DNA of 64,000 nucleotides from Antedon mediterranea (lineage: Eukaryota > Animalia > Echinodermata), in NCBI RefSeq assembly GCF_964355755.1, contig NC_092678.1, forward strand, positions 4,480,422 through 4,544,421, given 5' to 3'. A program made the translations under genes and the position numbers. Positions within the stretch are counted from its first letter, which is position 1. Every line of letters starts with the position of its first letter. Positions 46,701 to 61,700 of the stretch are shown here, piece after piece. The notes below the pieces were generated by a model. The model was not told the origin of the DNA. It searched no databases and saw only the letters and a program-made list of their open reading frames with translations.

Positions 46701-49700
46701 TAGACAGAGTTAAAGATGCGGTTGTCCAGCTGGAGCAGTTGATATCTAGTCACGATGTTGTGTTTCTATTGATGGACACAAGAGAAAGTAGATGGCTGCC
46801 CACTGTCATAGCTGCTAGTAAAAGAAAGGTATTACTGTTAGTTTCGCCAAAACTGGAAATTCTCAGACTTAGGTTTTCAGATGTTATTGTTGTTGGTGTT
46901 ATTTGTGGAAAATAATAAATGAAACAAATAATTTGTATACGCCCGGGCGTAACAGAAATCAAATTTAGTTTGAAAAATCTTCCATTTTTAAAACATGGCT
47001 AGCTTCACCGTGTCATTCTTCTCATTTAAAACATCCTAATTCTACGGTCTCCTTAAATGGCCAACTTAGACAACGTTGTACAATGACGACTGACGGAACA
47101 TCTTGACATGTTGATGCAAGTTGTCTTGTCTAATTTTTAGGTCATCGTGAGAACTTGAGAATGTTTAATTTTCTCCCGACAAGACGACTTGTCGGGCCTC
47201 GTCCGACGCTGTCTTAGTTGGCCTTTAAAGGCTTGGAATAGCACATAGTTTACAATTTTTCAGAGAAGACTTGTGCTAAATTCTTGAAACTACAAATAAT
47301 ACCTTTTCTGTACAACAGCTTGTTATTAATGCAGCCTTGGGATTTGATACTTTCATGGTGGTTCGACATGGACTCAAAAAGGCTAAAGAAGAGGAACAAA
47401 TAAAGACAACTGAAGAAGTATCGGATACTGAAGGAGCGAAGGCGGCGGCATCAGAAGAGCCAAAGACATCAAACATCTTGAATTCTACAATTTATGGCCA
47501 TCAGTTGGGATGTTACTTTTGTAATGATGTAGTTGCTCCCGGCGACGTAAGTCACATTTTCAGTAAAATATTGGTGCATGTTGCAAACTTTCCAAATGCT
47601 AGTTTTGCGACAGAACAACTGTTATTACAAACTCCCTTTTTTCTAAAATATACCATTAATCAATATGTTTTATTATTATTAGTCGACCAAGGACCGAACC
47701 CTTGACCAGCAGTGTACTGTCTCTCGTCCTGGTATGTCTATGATAGCAGCAGCTCTGGCCGTCGAGTTACTGGTCAGCATACTTCAGCATCCATCGGGGT
47801 AAGTTAAATTTCATTAACAAGCAGTCGCACACTTCTCTGCACGTGTTTATTCCTATCTGTAGAGGCAATGTTTGTGTCCATTCCTGTAATAGTTAGTGTC
47901 TTACTGAAATCAATGTTTTGGACATAGAAAGCGGTGTAACCGATATGAGCGCTTACTGTTTAAAACCCCAGAGCTTAAGGAGTCCCAGAGCATGAGCAGT
48001 CCAATGCAACTACCTAGTGTAATATACCTAGTAATATAACTAGGTTTATTTTCTTTATTCAAGATAAGATAAATATTTTCTTTCTTTTTTTTAGGGGATA
48101 TGCACCTGCTGATACCAGTTCCAAAGATGATCACATGACCTCACAAGCATCCTCACCTCTGGGTCTTGTACCACACCAGGTAAACAAGTCTGTTAAGAGT
48201 GAGACATTAGTACTGTATGTAATCTTTTACTTTATAACAATGTATAAGTTTTTACTAACAAGGTCACTATCATTTGGAACTTTAAGATCATGTTTGGTCT
48301 GTCAGCACACCTGGAGTGGTCAAGAAAATTTGATTGCTATAATATCATTGACCATAAAGAAGCTGTCTGTCTTTTAACCTAACATCAATCCAGTTTATGA
48401 AAACAGTGTGTCCATCTAGATTTGTTTATATTCAGCTAGCAGCGTAATGTTCAGCACAAAGTGGCCAAGGGTGGTAGTTACAATGTCCAGTACAAAGTTA
48501 CCAAGAGTAATAGTCACGTTTTCTCATCTGATATTCAATGTTGATAAAAAAATTACCTCCATTTTCCCCTGAGAATTCGATATTTTATTTCACATTTTTC
48601 CTTTCCTTATCATAACATAAATTATACTTTAAAACAATTATAAGTTGAATATTACAATCGGCAAAGCAATTTCCATCTTGAGTTGAGCAAGGGTCAAGTG
48701 TGTTTTGAGTTGATCTAGAGTACTAGCAGCTGATTCACTGACCACATGCGGGCCTCTCTGTTTTTGTAATTTAAATAATTAGTATCAAGTTGTTTATGGT
48801 CAATTTGGTTAGTTAATGGTCAATTGTGTCTTGTCCTGCTGATGGTATTTCATCAAAGCTTTTCAGTTTCATAATTGTTTTAATTAGTTTACTAATTACT
48901 GTCCAATAAAGTTACAAATGTTTTCATAATAAAGAGAAAAGATGAAAATAGCGTAAGATGAAACTTGGTGGTCTAGTAGTATGACTGCCAGGTTTGTGAT
49001 CTGGAGATTGTTGGTTGAAGTCCCTTAGGATTATGTAATTGTTTCTATAATTAACACTGTACTATCGTTTATCAATTTATTGGTTATCCGCAACGAAGTT
49101 GCAGGATAACCTCTTGTGATTGTACGAAATCATTCTGTATGATTTTTGTGTAACGCTTTTCTCTAAAACTCGCAAACATAACATTTCGGTAACTATCTTA
49201 ACATATTGACATTTACGTAACGTCGTCAAGCGAAGCTTTTCATGACGTTTACAATTGCGCAACGTGACTTACGCGCGATTTAACGATTTTGTCGTATTTA
49301 ACATAGCTCGACAACCAAATAACATTTCAACTTGAAACTTTGCAAAAGTTTAATTTATATCATGCGCTAACTTTCTGTTGAAAAAAAATTCCGTGTTTTA
49401 CACAAAGTTAGGCGCGCACGCGCATTTAAAATTTCAAAATGCGCAAAATTAATTTCTAATCAACTTTCTACGCGTTTCATGTCGTTTTAAGCATGTCAAA
49501 AATTCCCACGCGTGCGCACATTTTTACGTGTGCGGTGCGCACGTAGCATTGAAAACGTATTTTTTTCGCGTGATTTATGTTTTTCCAGCCTTTTCTAGTA
49601 ATTTTACAAAATGTTAAACAATTTCGACTTAAAGATACGTCATACGAGCACGTCGAATTGGACAATTTGCGCGCGTTTCTTATGAAAAGGTTAAAAAATT

Positions 49701-52700
49701 CGTTTAAAATATGCCTTTTTTTAAACAGTCGTAATTTCTAAACTAGACGGTCAACTTTTTATGGATGGCATATTCTGGAAGTAGATGAGTTGTAGATATC
49801 GGATCAGGTATTAATATGGCTAACCAGACATTGTGACGTCATCGTATGGCCACGCGAATATAAAATTTAGGATTTTTGTATCTTTCGTCATAGCTCATCA
49901 CATTGAATAGAGCGCATCTCCACTTATCCGTTTTCCATTTTCACCCCGATTTTGATTTTGTCTAGGTCAATCAAGTATCTTTCGCATGAGTTAAAAATAT
50001 TTTAATTTTTTTGACGTCATCATGCCTAAAAATTTAAATCACGTGTGGCATTAATTTCATCTTTACAGTAAATTTTAATCTGTTATAGCTCGTAAGAATA
50101 AAATGTGATAATCACGATTAAAATTTTTTTCTGGAAGCTATTGGATTGTAGATACGAAATTATGTAAAAATGTTGCCAATCGGATGTTGTGACGTCATCA
50201 TATGGCCAGTTAAATAAAAAAGGTCGTATTTTCATCTTTTGCGTCATAATTCATTACATTTAAAAGAGCGCGCATCAATATTTCACGTATTCAAATTTCT
50301 TCTACACGCTAATACGTTGTTGCTGAGATAATTTCCTTTCGGAATTGCTACCTTCGCGTTTCATTTTAAAACCGTCAACATGTTAAAAATTGCAATAAAT
50401 AGCGGGTCCCGTAATTTCACCTATTCTACACTGTATGTGATATGGATACAGATTATACTGTGTATACTATATATGAATTTAAATAATAAAATTCAGCAAT
50501 AACAACATATCATATTCTTCAGTTCAGGTCATAATGCCAACGTGAACACTTCCTTTTGTCCTCAACCTATCCCCTTAATGTTAATGTTGCACCACTTGCG
50601 CGGCGGATAACCAAACTCGTCAAAGTGACGAGTTACATGTCTAGTTAATATAGAGGAATATTTTTGTTAATTGTGAATGGGATTTTGACAGTTGTAAATT
50701 AATACTTGCGTTTTTGATGTGTTCTTAAACTTGTTGACGTATTTTCTTATGGGACGTTTTAAAGAGGTTATCATTAAATTGCGCCAACAATCAATCCGTT
50801 TGTCGCATTCCAGGAAACATGGTTTTCCTTTAACTCTCTCAGTTTATTTCAACTGGAAATACATTCTACACCTACAGTAAGTATGATTTGCATGGGAATA
50901 TGATGATATAATTTGTATGAAGTGTCTTTGCATCAGGGAGCAAAGTATGATCAGTATTGAGACCACTTTGCAAATTTCATGTGAATTTGGTTTTGTTTTC
51001 TCTATCCTAGTTTGCTAGCCATATTCTCTTCAGGTATCCAATACATATCTATTTGCTTTCTATACCATATTTTATTTTAGACCTGATCCTGATTTTAACC
51101 AATTTGTTTCCCATTTGTTAGGACAGAATCCTTACATTAGAATTGGTTTTATATACATTATAAAAAAATGTATTTATTAAGGACTTTCCTGATGAAAAAT
51201 GAAGGGAAATGGGCAACAGGCTACTACTAGATCCTATGAAGAGGCGCATATGTTATCACTATTCCTATTAAGGAGACACTTATATTAAATAATTAGTGTT
51301 CAACTGTCTTTTATGCTCTTTTGCTAATGTGTTTTGAAAAATATTCTGGAAGTATCGCTAAGAAAGGAAGCGACAACTGAATAATAAGAGGTCAAAGGTG
51401 AGAATGATTGTTGACAAGCGTCGGTTCTCGGAAGTCGATTCATAATAACAATTCAAAAATGAAGTATCTTGAAATGACATGCGTCATTCTGAGAAGTAAT
51501 AACAATAGAAACGATGACAAATTTCAATCAGGAATTGTCACTACAAGTGACATTTCTTCACTACAAGTGACATTTCTTCACTACAAGTGACATTTCTTCA
51601 AAGTCAATTCTTAAAACCTTTTGAAATTTACAACAATGGTTGTTTTTAACCCAGTCATCAATAACAATGCAAAGATGAGAATGAATCAGTTTGACGACGT
51701 GGATCAATTCTTAAGATTTGATTGTCAAAACAAATATAAAATAGCATTAAAGCGTTGACGTTTGTCACTTTTAAATTGTCATCAACAATATTGAAATTGT
51801 GAATGACATTTCAAATAAAGATATTTTTTATTGTCAAAGTTGCTGATAGATGCATGTGCTGTTCTTTGTTAGAAAACAAAACATCACAGAGCGAAATAGG
51901 GCTACAATGGAATTAACTCCACCTAGCTAAAGCCGATTTTCCACTAGGCGAATTTGTTCGCGCGAATCGAAGGCGTCAGCTAATACGCATGCGTAGAGAA
52001 GGATGTGAAAGATGTAAACATGAATACACATGCGTACAAGCTGGCATGCGTAGAGAAGGATGTGGAAGATGTAAACATGAATACACATGCGTACAAGCTG
52101 ACGCTTTCGATTCGCGCGAACAAATTCGCCTAGTGGAAAATTGGCTTTAGGGGCGGATAAGGCAATAAATTCTAGATAGAATGATAGAACTTAACATAGA
52201 ACGCTTCAAAGAAAATTGATATATAAAATATAAACAAAATTGGTTTTTAAACTAAATTGATTAGGTCAGACAAGCTAAAATTTAAAATTATTGTTAATCA
52301 AACTTCTTGTCTTGTTTATTTTCCCAAAATTGTTGACTTTCTGTGCAAAGTCAACTGTGGGTCACTACAGTGCATTTGTGTTTTGACTTTGAGTTTCATA
52401 TCTGCTCTGATAGGCCGCACTTTACCATGATTTTTCATGAAAGATCCACTTAGCCAGGCCTGACATCTGAACCCTCAAGGGAATACTCTGTGTATCTCAG
52501 TAAAAAACCACTAACGACTCATCTATTATATAGCTGTCAGGGAGAATAGTAATCCCAGTGGCACATACGTAGTCATACAGATGAACCTGACTATTACGAT
52601 TTCCATTGGGATTTGAAGTGCAACTTGGAATCCAGGACTGAAGAAATCACTGTAAACTGGCAATGGCTATAGAGGCAAGAGGGACCGACAGACACACACA

Positions 52701-55700
52701 CTGTGTACTGGCAGACGGTTATAAGATGATAGTAGTGATAGTCATCAGCAGTAGCAACGGGACACTGACCCTATTGACAATGGGGGTCAAAGGGGACCTA
52801 AAATTGGCATTGGGCCGACAGCCGACCAAATTGATAAGCGCAATTTAGATATTTATATGTTTTGTCTAATCCATGCAGTCTTCTGGTGAGATTATCAAAT
52901 TTGTGAATCATAATACTGTATTCTTAATATAAATATTAATTTTATTTGATACTAAAAAAAATTCATGGAGAATGCTGTTGATCTAAAATTAACTTTATTT
53001 TTAGCTCGCTGTTGGAAAGGTTTTTTTTATTTCTTTTTTGTTTGCATTCATCCTTATAATGTTGGTTTGTTGTCATGTGTCTGTCAATCAGTGAGCTGTC
53101 AATCAAAGTGTTTTACTATACTGGATATTACCACTCTTTCTTCAACTCGGTTCTACATTTTCCTGTCACTCTCTGATAGCAACAATCAGATTCTGCTCAA
53201 GTTATGATAACATAAATATGGTAATCATTTTAGTGGTACAATTTTCTTTTATTAAATTTTATATGTTGGTCACATTATTTCTGTAAATTGTATTTTTTGA
53301 GGATTAGTTTTTAACCTAAATTTTGTTCAAAAGTTTACTTTGAAAAGATGTCTGTTTTTGGTTTTGATTTCTTTGTTTGAGATTGCTTGCAGTCAAATAT
53401 CGTGACATATAAATGACATTTTAAGTTCTCATCACTAAACCTTTCCAGTCCGTTTCAAATGTCCATGCCTTCAGCTGTCTGACATTATTTGATTGTCAGC
53501 ATAAAGTACCACAGATTTTCTTTTAATTACAGAACGAAAAAAAAAACCATTTTCTAAAAAAAAAATATGTATCTTGATATTGTTCCTGACCCTAAATAAA
53601 AATGATTGGTAGGCTTGGTGCTAATCTACAGAGTGGAGATAATTCACTTGAAAGATAATATGTGCATTGCTAATGTGAAATAGATTTAAAATGATAAATA
53701 ATTATTTTAATCTCATGATACCATCCGATAATACAGGACATTTTAGTAAAAGGTGAAATGTGACCGATACAGAACTGACCCTTAGTGACATCTTGCGGTT
53801 ACGTTGTGATTCTAACCAGGTTCTGTCTTATGTAAGGTCAATTAAATGTTTTAGTTTCTGGACGTCCACAGACGTCCTCTCATTGCCCCAAAACACTTGC
53901 ATTTTCACACTTTGCTTTACTGTCTTTGTCGTTCTATCATTTCATTCTTTATTTAATAAACACGAATAAGGACCTGGAGTATGTTTGCTGGTTTTTCTTG
54001 GCCCCAAACTTTGGCGTGTCTCCAATTTGGGAAAGACCTTTTTATTCTTTAAAAAAATTATTCATCGTTCCCTGCCATTTTTAATTTAACTTGGACTAGT
54101 TTATGACATTTGATGTGTTCTGAGCTTGTGGGATTACTTTTGAGTTAGTAAGAGGTATTGAACAGTTCACCGCTGAGCTTGTAGGATTACTTTTGAGTTA
54201 GTTTAGAAAACAATCATGGAGATCATGTAGTGGTCTGTATAATTTATAGGACCAAAGACCCAATAGTGTTGTTATTTGCCAAATTGTTTTATTTGGTTAA
54301 ATTTTTTTGTTTCTGTCTTTTGTGGTTTACTACCACTTTTATTCATTCATTCATCTTAGTTAGATATTATATGGTTGAATTCTTTGTTTATTCCCTTTAT
54401 TTCAATTTTAATATATTTAGAGTTTTTGATATGTTAGTTTTTTTAATGGCCATATCATGAAGCCTAGATGAGTAGAAATTGGGTTAATAGAACCTACATC
54501 TAGAGTCAAAACCAACTGTGTTCTGACGCTCACACTGTCTCAAAGTCAACTGCAGTAATAGGTTGACCACTAATAACAACCCAAATGTATAAAGAAATTT
54601 AATTGTGTTTAATTACGATGACATCTTTCTTGTTTTCTTTTAACTCGTCCAATTTGTCTCGACTGAGAAACCACCCGAATCGTCCAGTGCTCAATAACAG
54701 TGGGTTCACACCTAAGACAGTGCGACATCAATCATACAATCAATTACTGTGATTATATTAATTCTTGCTGTTTCAAGTCGGACAAATCAATTATATCATG
54801 TTTTTGCACATGTCCAAATAGAAGTGACACTGCTGTCCAGTCACGTCTGATTTTGATTAGCTCGTCAGATCACTGACTTGCATCCATATATCTGGTCCCT
54901 GGAAGTCTATGCAGAACTTACTCTACTAGCCTTAACATTTAACACAATAAAATACACCCTGAAATATATTAATATATATATATTTTACTGGTTTTTTACG
55001 AGTGCTGGTAAGTAAGTTGTTTTCTTGGGATTTAAACATGAATTCATAGGAGTGACAAAGATACCATTACCAAAAGGTATATATTGTTACCTTCTTATTT
55101 TAAGAAAATACACCCTAAAATGATATTAATAATAGATTGTTTTGTTTTCTTGTTTTACTATTGCTTGTGAATGTCGTTTTGTTAGAGTTTGAACTACTGT
55201 AGTATTGTAGAGAAATAGATGTAAGTTAATTGTTGTTAGCCTACTGACAGGTGACAAGATAGAAGATGGTCTTTGTTAAGCCTCATTAATTTGTTTCTCA
55301 GCATGGATCAAGACTTAAGACTTAAATCCTACCAGCAAACCATGTACAAATGAAGAATTCTGAATATTTTAACAATGCCAAACTATATTTGATTATGTAC
55401 CGTAGCTCCCTTTATGATAGACAAATTAATACCTGCTTTTTGTTGAGGTGCAAATATGAGTACCTAAGTTCTTGAAATTGTTGAAGTTAACAAATATATA
55501 TGAGTATCTAACTTCTTGTAATTGTTAAAGTTAACGAATATATGAATACCTAAGTTCTTGAAATTTTTAAAAAGTTAAGAAATATATGAGTATCTAAGTT
55601 CTTTGAGTTGTTAACAGTATTCCATTATCATCATCATTTATCCTTATTCTTTATCACTCTTTTCCTCCACTTCTCCTTTCCTCCACTGCTACCTATATTT

Positions 55701-58700
55701 CACCTAATTTTCCTCCAATCTTATATGACATAAGGACACAATATACTTTTCTCAATCCTTCCCTTCCCATGGCGTTGTCTGTTTGGGCCGACCACTTCCT
55801 TAGTTAGAGTGTTAGGCGGTCTGCCTGGCCATAATATCACACACATGAGACATACAAGTGTAGCTTTCTTATCAGTCTACCCGTTGTCAAGAAGACCAAA
55901 TAAATTAAATGTTTACACTAAACGAATATTAACATTTTCCAGTTTATTTACAATTTTAAAAATGTTTATCTTTCATAAAAATGTTTCCGAAAACATCCAA
56001 ACTATAATTATTAAACATTTTATTTTTGCAAACTCATCTCATATAATATTTTTAAATTTTCCATGTTCGTTTTTCTTCAATTTTGATCAAATGTCAAATT
56101 TTCACTGACAGATGGTTGCAAAGATAAAGATAATTTATTGTTCATCTTTATAAGCTTATTTAGTGGTGATGTTTAGTATCGTTTATATTTTAATAGTTTT
56201 AAATTTATTGTAGGATGTCTGAGCAACATCGAAGGTCGGCCACACTTGACGAACCTGTCGTCTCAACAGGCGCCTTCTAATGTTATTTCCTACAGTATAC
56301 AGTATATGTTCATTTTTTAGCTTTATACAAATTATTTTATATCACCGAAACTTTCATAAAAAATTTTAATTTCATAAATTTTTTTCATATATTTCTTCAT
56401 AATTTATTCCTTTTCTCATTTATTCACTAAATTAATATTTTCGACCTTTTTTATGGTGTTTTATCAAAATAAGAAAATAATTAACTTGTTTTTATTTGTG
56501 TTTATGTTGGCCAACTAGCTTGTGTACCTGATTGTAGCAATTGCCCTTTCTTTGCCTTTTATGTCTGTTTTGTTTTGGATTTGAATAAATAAATGAAAAA
56601 TAATTCAATATTTATAGCTATTATATAAGTTGAATGTTTGTTTAAAATGACACTACCCTAGATCAGTGAACCTTCAAAATGATTTCAAGCAATTAATACT
56701 TCAATCAAATCTTATTTTTATCAAACTGGTTTAACCTTGTCTTGCAATTCATTCATCTATGCTCTTGCTTCGCCAGTTAGCTCTTAGTGCTTTATAGTAG
56801 CACTTTTATTTAATTAATACGGCATGGTAGGGGAGAGTGAAGCGGATTTAAAATTAGCATATCCTGTCACCCTCAGGGGGAAACGACACCGTTCATGTGT
56901 AGGCCTGATATTGGAGTTGAACAACCAGAACGATTAGACAATTGGGCTGGCGACCCCCCTTCTCGCTCTGAGCCGACCCCCTTCCTATCATGACTCAAAT
57001 TTTTGCCTACATACTAACTTAACCATCTGGTGGGTAATATTATATTTGTTTGTGATTCAATTAAGACAATGTTTCATGATTAAATTAGTTTGGATTTGAT
57101 GAATATGTCTCGTCTTTTTTATCATTTAAAGCTATGATTACCATGTGATTGATAGTAAAGTATAACAAACAGGTTGGTTTGACTCAATATTAGGGGTTTT
57201 ATTTAAGCCACTATATATAGACACTGTTTTATATAAAAATGATGTCTTGTTTAATTTCAATTGTTCCAGTTGGATGTATGCTCAATTATTAAAAAAGAAA
57301 CTTTTCCATTTCAAATTGAGATGGAAACAAAAAAAGACCTAACAGTAAAAATAAAAAACATAAAGGTTTTTGTATCAACTGATTCAAAATTACAGTCCTA
57401 GTTTTTCTACAGAAAGTTTTTCTAAGCCTGGACAATAAGGAGCCCCCTACTCCCAGGGGATTCAGACTCTGTGACTCACAAACACTTTACTATGGCTCTT
57501 GCCAGCTCACTTGTTTTTAATGTTTTAGGATATCATTCTGTATGCTTTTAAGTCTGTGCTCTGTTTGTCTTCTTCTCCGGTGTCATATGGTTATTGTTAT
57601 AATATTATTTTCTGTACAATTTGTCATGGTCAGCATTGAATTCTATATACTGTACGCAGAACGTTGCAATAACAAAACAGTTTGTGTAAAATATTTTATA
57701 TTACTTGTTTCACAGATTTTGAACTTGACTTTTCTATTGGATAAATATGATATTATTTGACACGTATTCAAAACCACATGTATGACGTGATAATCTTCAT
57801 AGTTATTGTATCCCTTTTTTATTTAAAGAACGTGTGTTGATGGAGGAGGCCCCAGGAAGACGCCTTGACAGCACTTGACTGTTCAAATCTGGTATTCATA
57901 ATGAATCAATGAATGACTACTGAGCCAAATTAAAAACAAATCAGTTTTGAGATACTTCAATGAATTTAATGTTTTATTTCTATTTTTTAATACTTTAATT
58001 ATGAAATGTAAATTGTTATTTACCCAGTTTTGTTTGTGTATTCCATCATTTGATTCAGGAGCACTGGTCAAATTTGTTTGTTATTTAGTTTAATTGTTAA
58101 AGATGTATTGTCCCTTTGACTAATTCCAAAAAAATAAAAGATAAAAGATTTCGAAAAAAGGTGGGTCATTTTGAAGTATCATAATAGTTATTAACTATCA
58201 CCAAAAATTTTTCAAAAAAAAAAAAATTTAACTGAAAGTGAAATACAGACGTTTTTTTGTTGAATAAATAACTTTGACCAAAGTTTTCAATCAAAACATA
58301 TCCCATAATGAAATGCGCTTGTTTGGCTACTCTGTATGCATAATCATAAAACTTCCTCATGATCTGTGTGAAAATACCTTCTTAACCGTGACGAGTTGTA
58401 AACAATCCTAATTTAGCATATGCATAATGCGTACTCATAGTTTGAAATCTTTGTTTACTTTGCTCGTGACGATTTTCCAGATGAAATGTAATCAAACTAA
58501 TTTACCTGTTAAATACGTAAACTTGTTGTTTTTGGCTCAAATTTTCGACTTAAAGTGAATAACTTTAATATTACTTTGATATGGCCACTTTAAATTTAGA
58601 ATATTTTGACCTTCATTTTTTTGTGTTTAAAAATTAAAGGGACAATACATCTTTAAGTTTTATCATAAGATAGCAATTCTTATTCTTTACAAACACGTTC

Positions 58701-61700
58701 AAGAATCTAGTTTTCCTTCTGATTGTGTCGGCTAATCTATATGTTTGAGAAATTTCTCATATATGGGTCATTTGAAATTAAGTAACAAGTTTCAGTGTAA
58801 ATGTTCAACAGATTCATTAATTTTCTGCGGTTATCTTCGCATGTTATTCTCACAAACGTGTGTTTTTACAATTTACTGTTCATTTCAGTGAATTCCCTGG
58901 ACAAATATCAAAATCATTTTACATTTTCAGGTCTACTTACGCAACAGCTGATTGAAGCGAAAAAAGTTAAATTAAATAGTTTTCGAATGATTTAGCGAAA
59001 TTCAAGATGCACTGGATAGTACCCACAATGCTGTTCTGCCATACACTTGAATAGGCAGCTGTTTGTGTACTTAGCGGATTGAAGAGTTGGCTAATAATCG
59101 GTGAAATGTTCAAACAAGTGTTGACTCCCTAGGGTACTGATAATCAACGAGATCTAAACGCCCTTATTTCACTTTGATAGGAGAAACGCTATGTTCTGTT
59201 CTATTTCTCAATTCCCAGGGAGTCAAATCAAAGACAAATATCCTTGTAAAGCGAGATAAAAGAAAGTAGTTTATAAATAACTAAGAAATGCAACGAAACA
59301 TTTCAATGTGGTTTGGAAAAAAACACTGTAGCTCAATGATGGATGATGAATAAAGCAAACATGAAATGATAAACATCTCCAGTATAAACAGACAATACAC
59401 TAGAGGGCGCCCCTGTAGGTCATTCTTAATGAGTCAATCATTTTTATAAGCTACCGTAAATTATAGTAGTTTATCGAAATAAAGAGAAAAAAAAAATTTG
59501 TTAACAATATTATACTTATAAGGTTTAACTCTCCAAATAAACTCTCTCAAAACTGTAAACTCTCCCAAATCCAAATTACTATGTAACTTTAATTGATGTG
59601 CAAATCCAAAGGCAAATTACTGAAAAAATTACAATGCTGTGGGTATCAGTGGCTGGATCTCAATGGAGATACAAAATGACAATGCTGTGGGTATCAGTGG
59701 CTGGATCTCAATGGAGATACAAAATGACAATGCTGTGGGTATCAGTGGCTGGATCTCAATGGAGATACAAAATGACAATGCTGTGGGTATCAGTGGCTGG
59801 ATCTCAATGGAGATACAAAATGACAATGCTGTGGGTATCAGTGGCTGGATCTCAATGGAGATACAAAATGACAATGCTGTGGGTATCAGTGGCTGAATCT
59901 CAATGGAGATACAAAATGACAATGCTGTGGGTATCAGTGGCTGGATCTCAATGGAGATACAAAATAAAAGCGAAAAGCTAAATCAAAACGATAAAGTAAA
60001 ACAGCCAGAAAAGTTAGCAGAACTTTCGGGCAACACTAGCCCTTCATCAGTGCAAGTGAAGGATTGGATAGCATCATAGCATAAGAACTGGCTACTGGTT
60101 AATTAACAACTGGTTAATTGATGTGCAATATATTTGTTTCTTTCAGATTCGAGGCTTTTTATCACGTTTCCACAACATGCTACCAGCAAGCATCGCATTC
60201 GACAAGTGTACAGCGTGCTCAGACACAATAATTCATTCGTATGAGACAGAAGGCTTCAAGTTCCTCCAGCAAGCTTTTAATGAGCAGGGTTATCTGGAAA
60301 CTGTAACAGGCCTAGATAAACTGAAAGAGGATACTAATATGGTAGAGGTAATCATTTTTTTTGCTTGTAAGATGATTACAAATGCTTGTTTCATTGGCAT
60401 AAATGTAGGTGGCAAAGGGCTTTAGTTTAGCACTCCTAATGTGCCCTCCCAACGCTGGGTAGTTGGAATGGGGCTGCTCATGCTATGGGACTCCTTAACC
60501 CCTGGGTTTAGCCAGTGAGCACTCATAGCTGTTGCGTCACTGGCTTGTTTTATTGAGTTGGTTTTAACAAAACTGTGTGTAACACTTTCTATCCTTGATT
60601 CTTGTACTGTAACCATGCAACAGTCTAAAGCCATTTTATGCTTCGTTTGAGTGTAAATTCTCTTCTCTAGTCATTCCTCTTTATTAAATCGGATGATAAT
60701 TTCAATTGACACATCATCATCAACAATTCACTCAACCTCATTACCATAAACATCATCATTAAATCATTATCAATTATTCTCCTCATCAAAATGGATTTTA
60801 AACTATAATTTCAACTACATAAATCATTTTACATTAATTAACTTTAAATACACTTGTTTACAATTTAACTTAATTAGACCTATTAATTATCCTGCAGTAT
60901 TTCAATAAGTGTTATTATAAACAGACGAGTCATTGAGAATCAACAGTAGTACAATAAATAGACTTAAAAAAAAGTACAATTATATGACCTAATTTTGTTA
61001 CTGAAAGTGTATCGCATCTATGCCGCTCAAACTTTCTTTTCATAACTCTAAACAGATTTAAATTAACTACATTCAATTTAAATTAATTATAAAATTAACC
61101 TTTGTAATAAATCAGAACGCAAACCACTGAGGAATACTCCCTCTAAGTTTTTACTGAGAAAATTAATTTACGCGTGTCAATCAAACTTAGTAACCATAGC
61201 AACTAACATTTGTCAAGTAATTAAGAACATATCAGCTAGCCAGGTGGTATCCACTTGTTAAACTAATTAACAAATTATGCAAAGAAATTGGTTCATAAAT
61301 CAACATAATAGACTTTAATGCTAGTGCAACCCCCAGCTTGATTTTGGATCCTTTTCTGCAACAAGGAAATAACTAATTACCATGGATAAATTACCTACAT
61401 TTTCCTGCTAGCAGAAAAAGAGAAAAAATCCGAATTAATGATATTTTCTAAATTAGCAATTTCATTGTTTGTATTCTTTGTTTAATTTTGACATGTGGTT
61501 TTCATGTGTTGATAGGAACCACATGATACCAGTCTTTCCATTTCAAATACAGTACTAGTAAAGTCTACTACTCCTAACCTATAGCAAATGTCAAAGGTCA
61601 AGTTCAATATTGAATATCAAACTGTTTCTAAGCAAATGACCTTTGTAAAAATATTGTGTAGGTGTAGCAGCTACATTATCTCTTCCCTGTTTTAAAACCA

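Noticed and set aside
51188-51210. Other CTGATGA words as hammerhead cores (also ~15372, 25906, 38303, 39640)
   Set aside because: No stem II followed by GAAA; three lie in coding exons.
51537-55612. Small local tandem duplications (20 bp at 51537, duplicated ~29-bp block at 54120/54174, ~44 bp at 55455)
   Set aside because: Ordinary slippage products with no further structure.
48180-60146. Nested protein-coding gene in the large ATG7 intron
   Set aside because: ORFs are short and low-complexity, and isolated splice-like words (e.g. ~55006 and minus-strand ~58935) do not assemble into a model; a lncRNA cannot be excluded.
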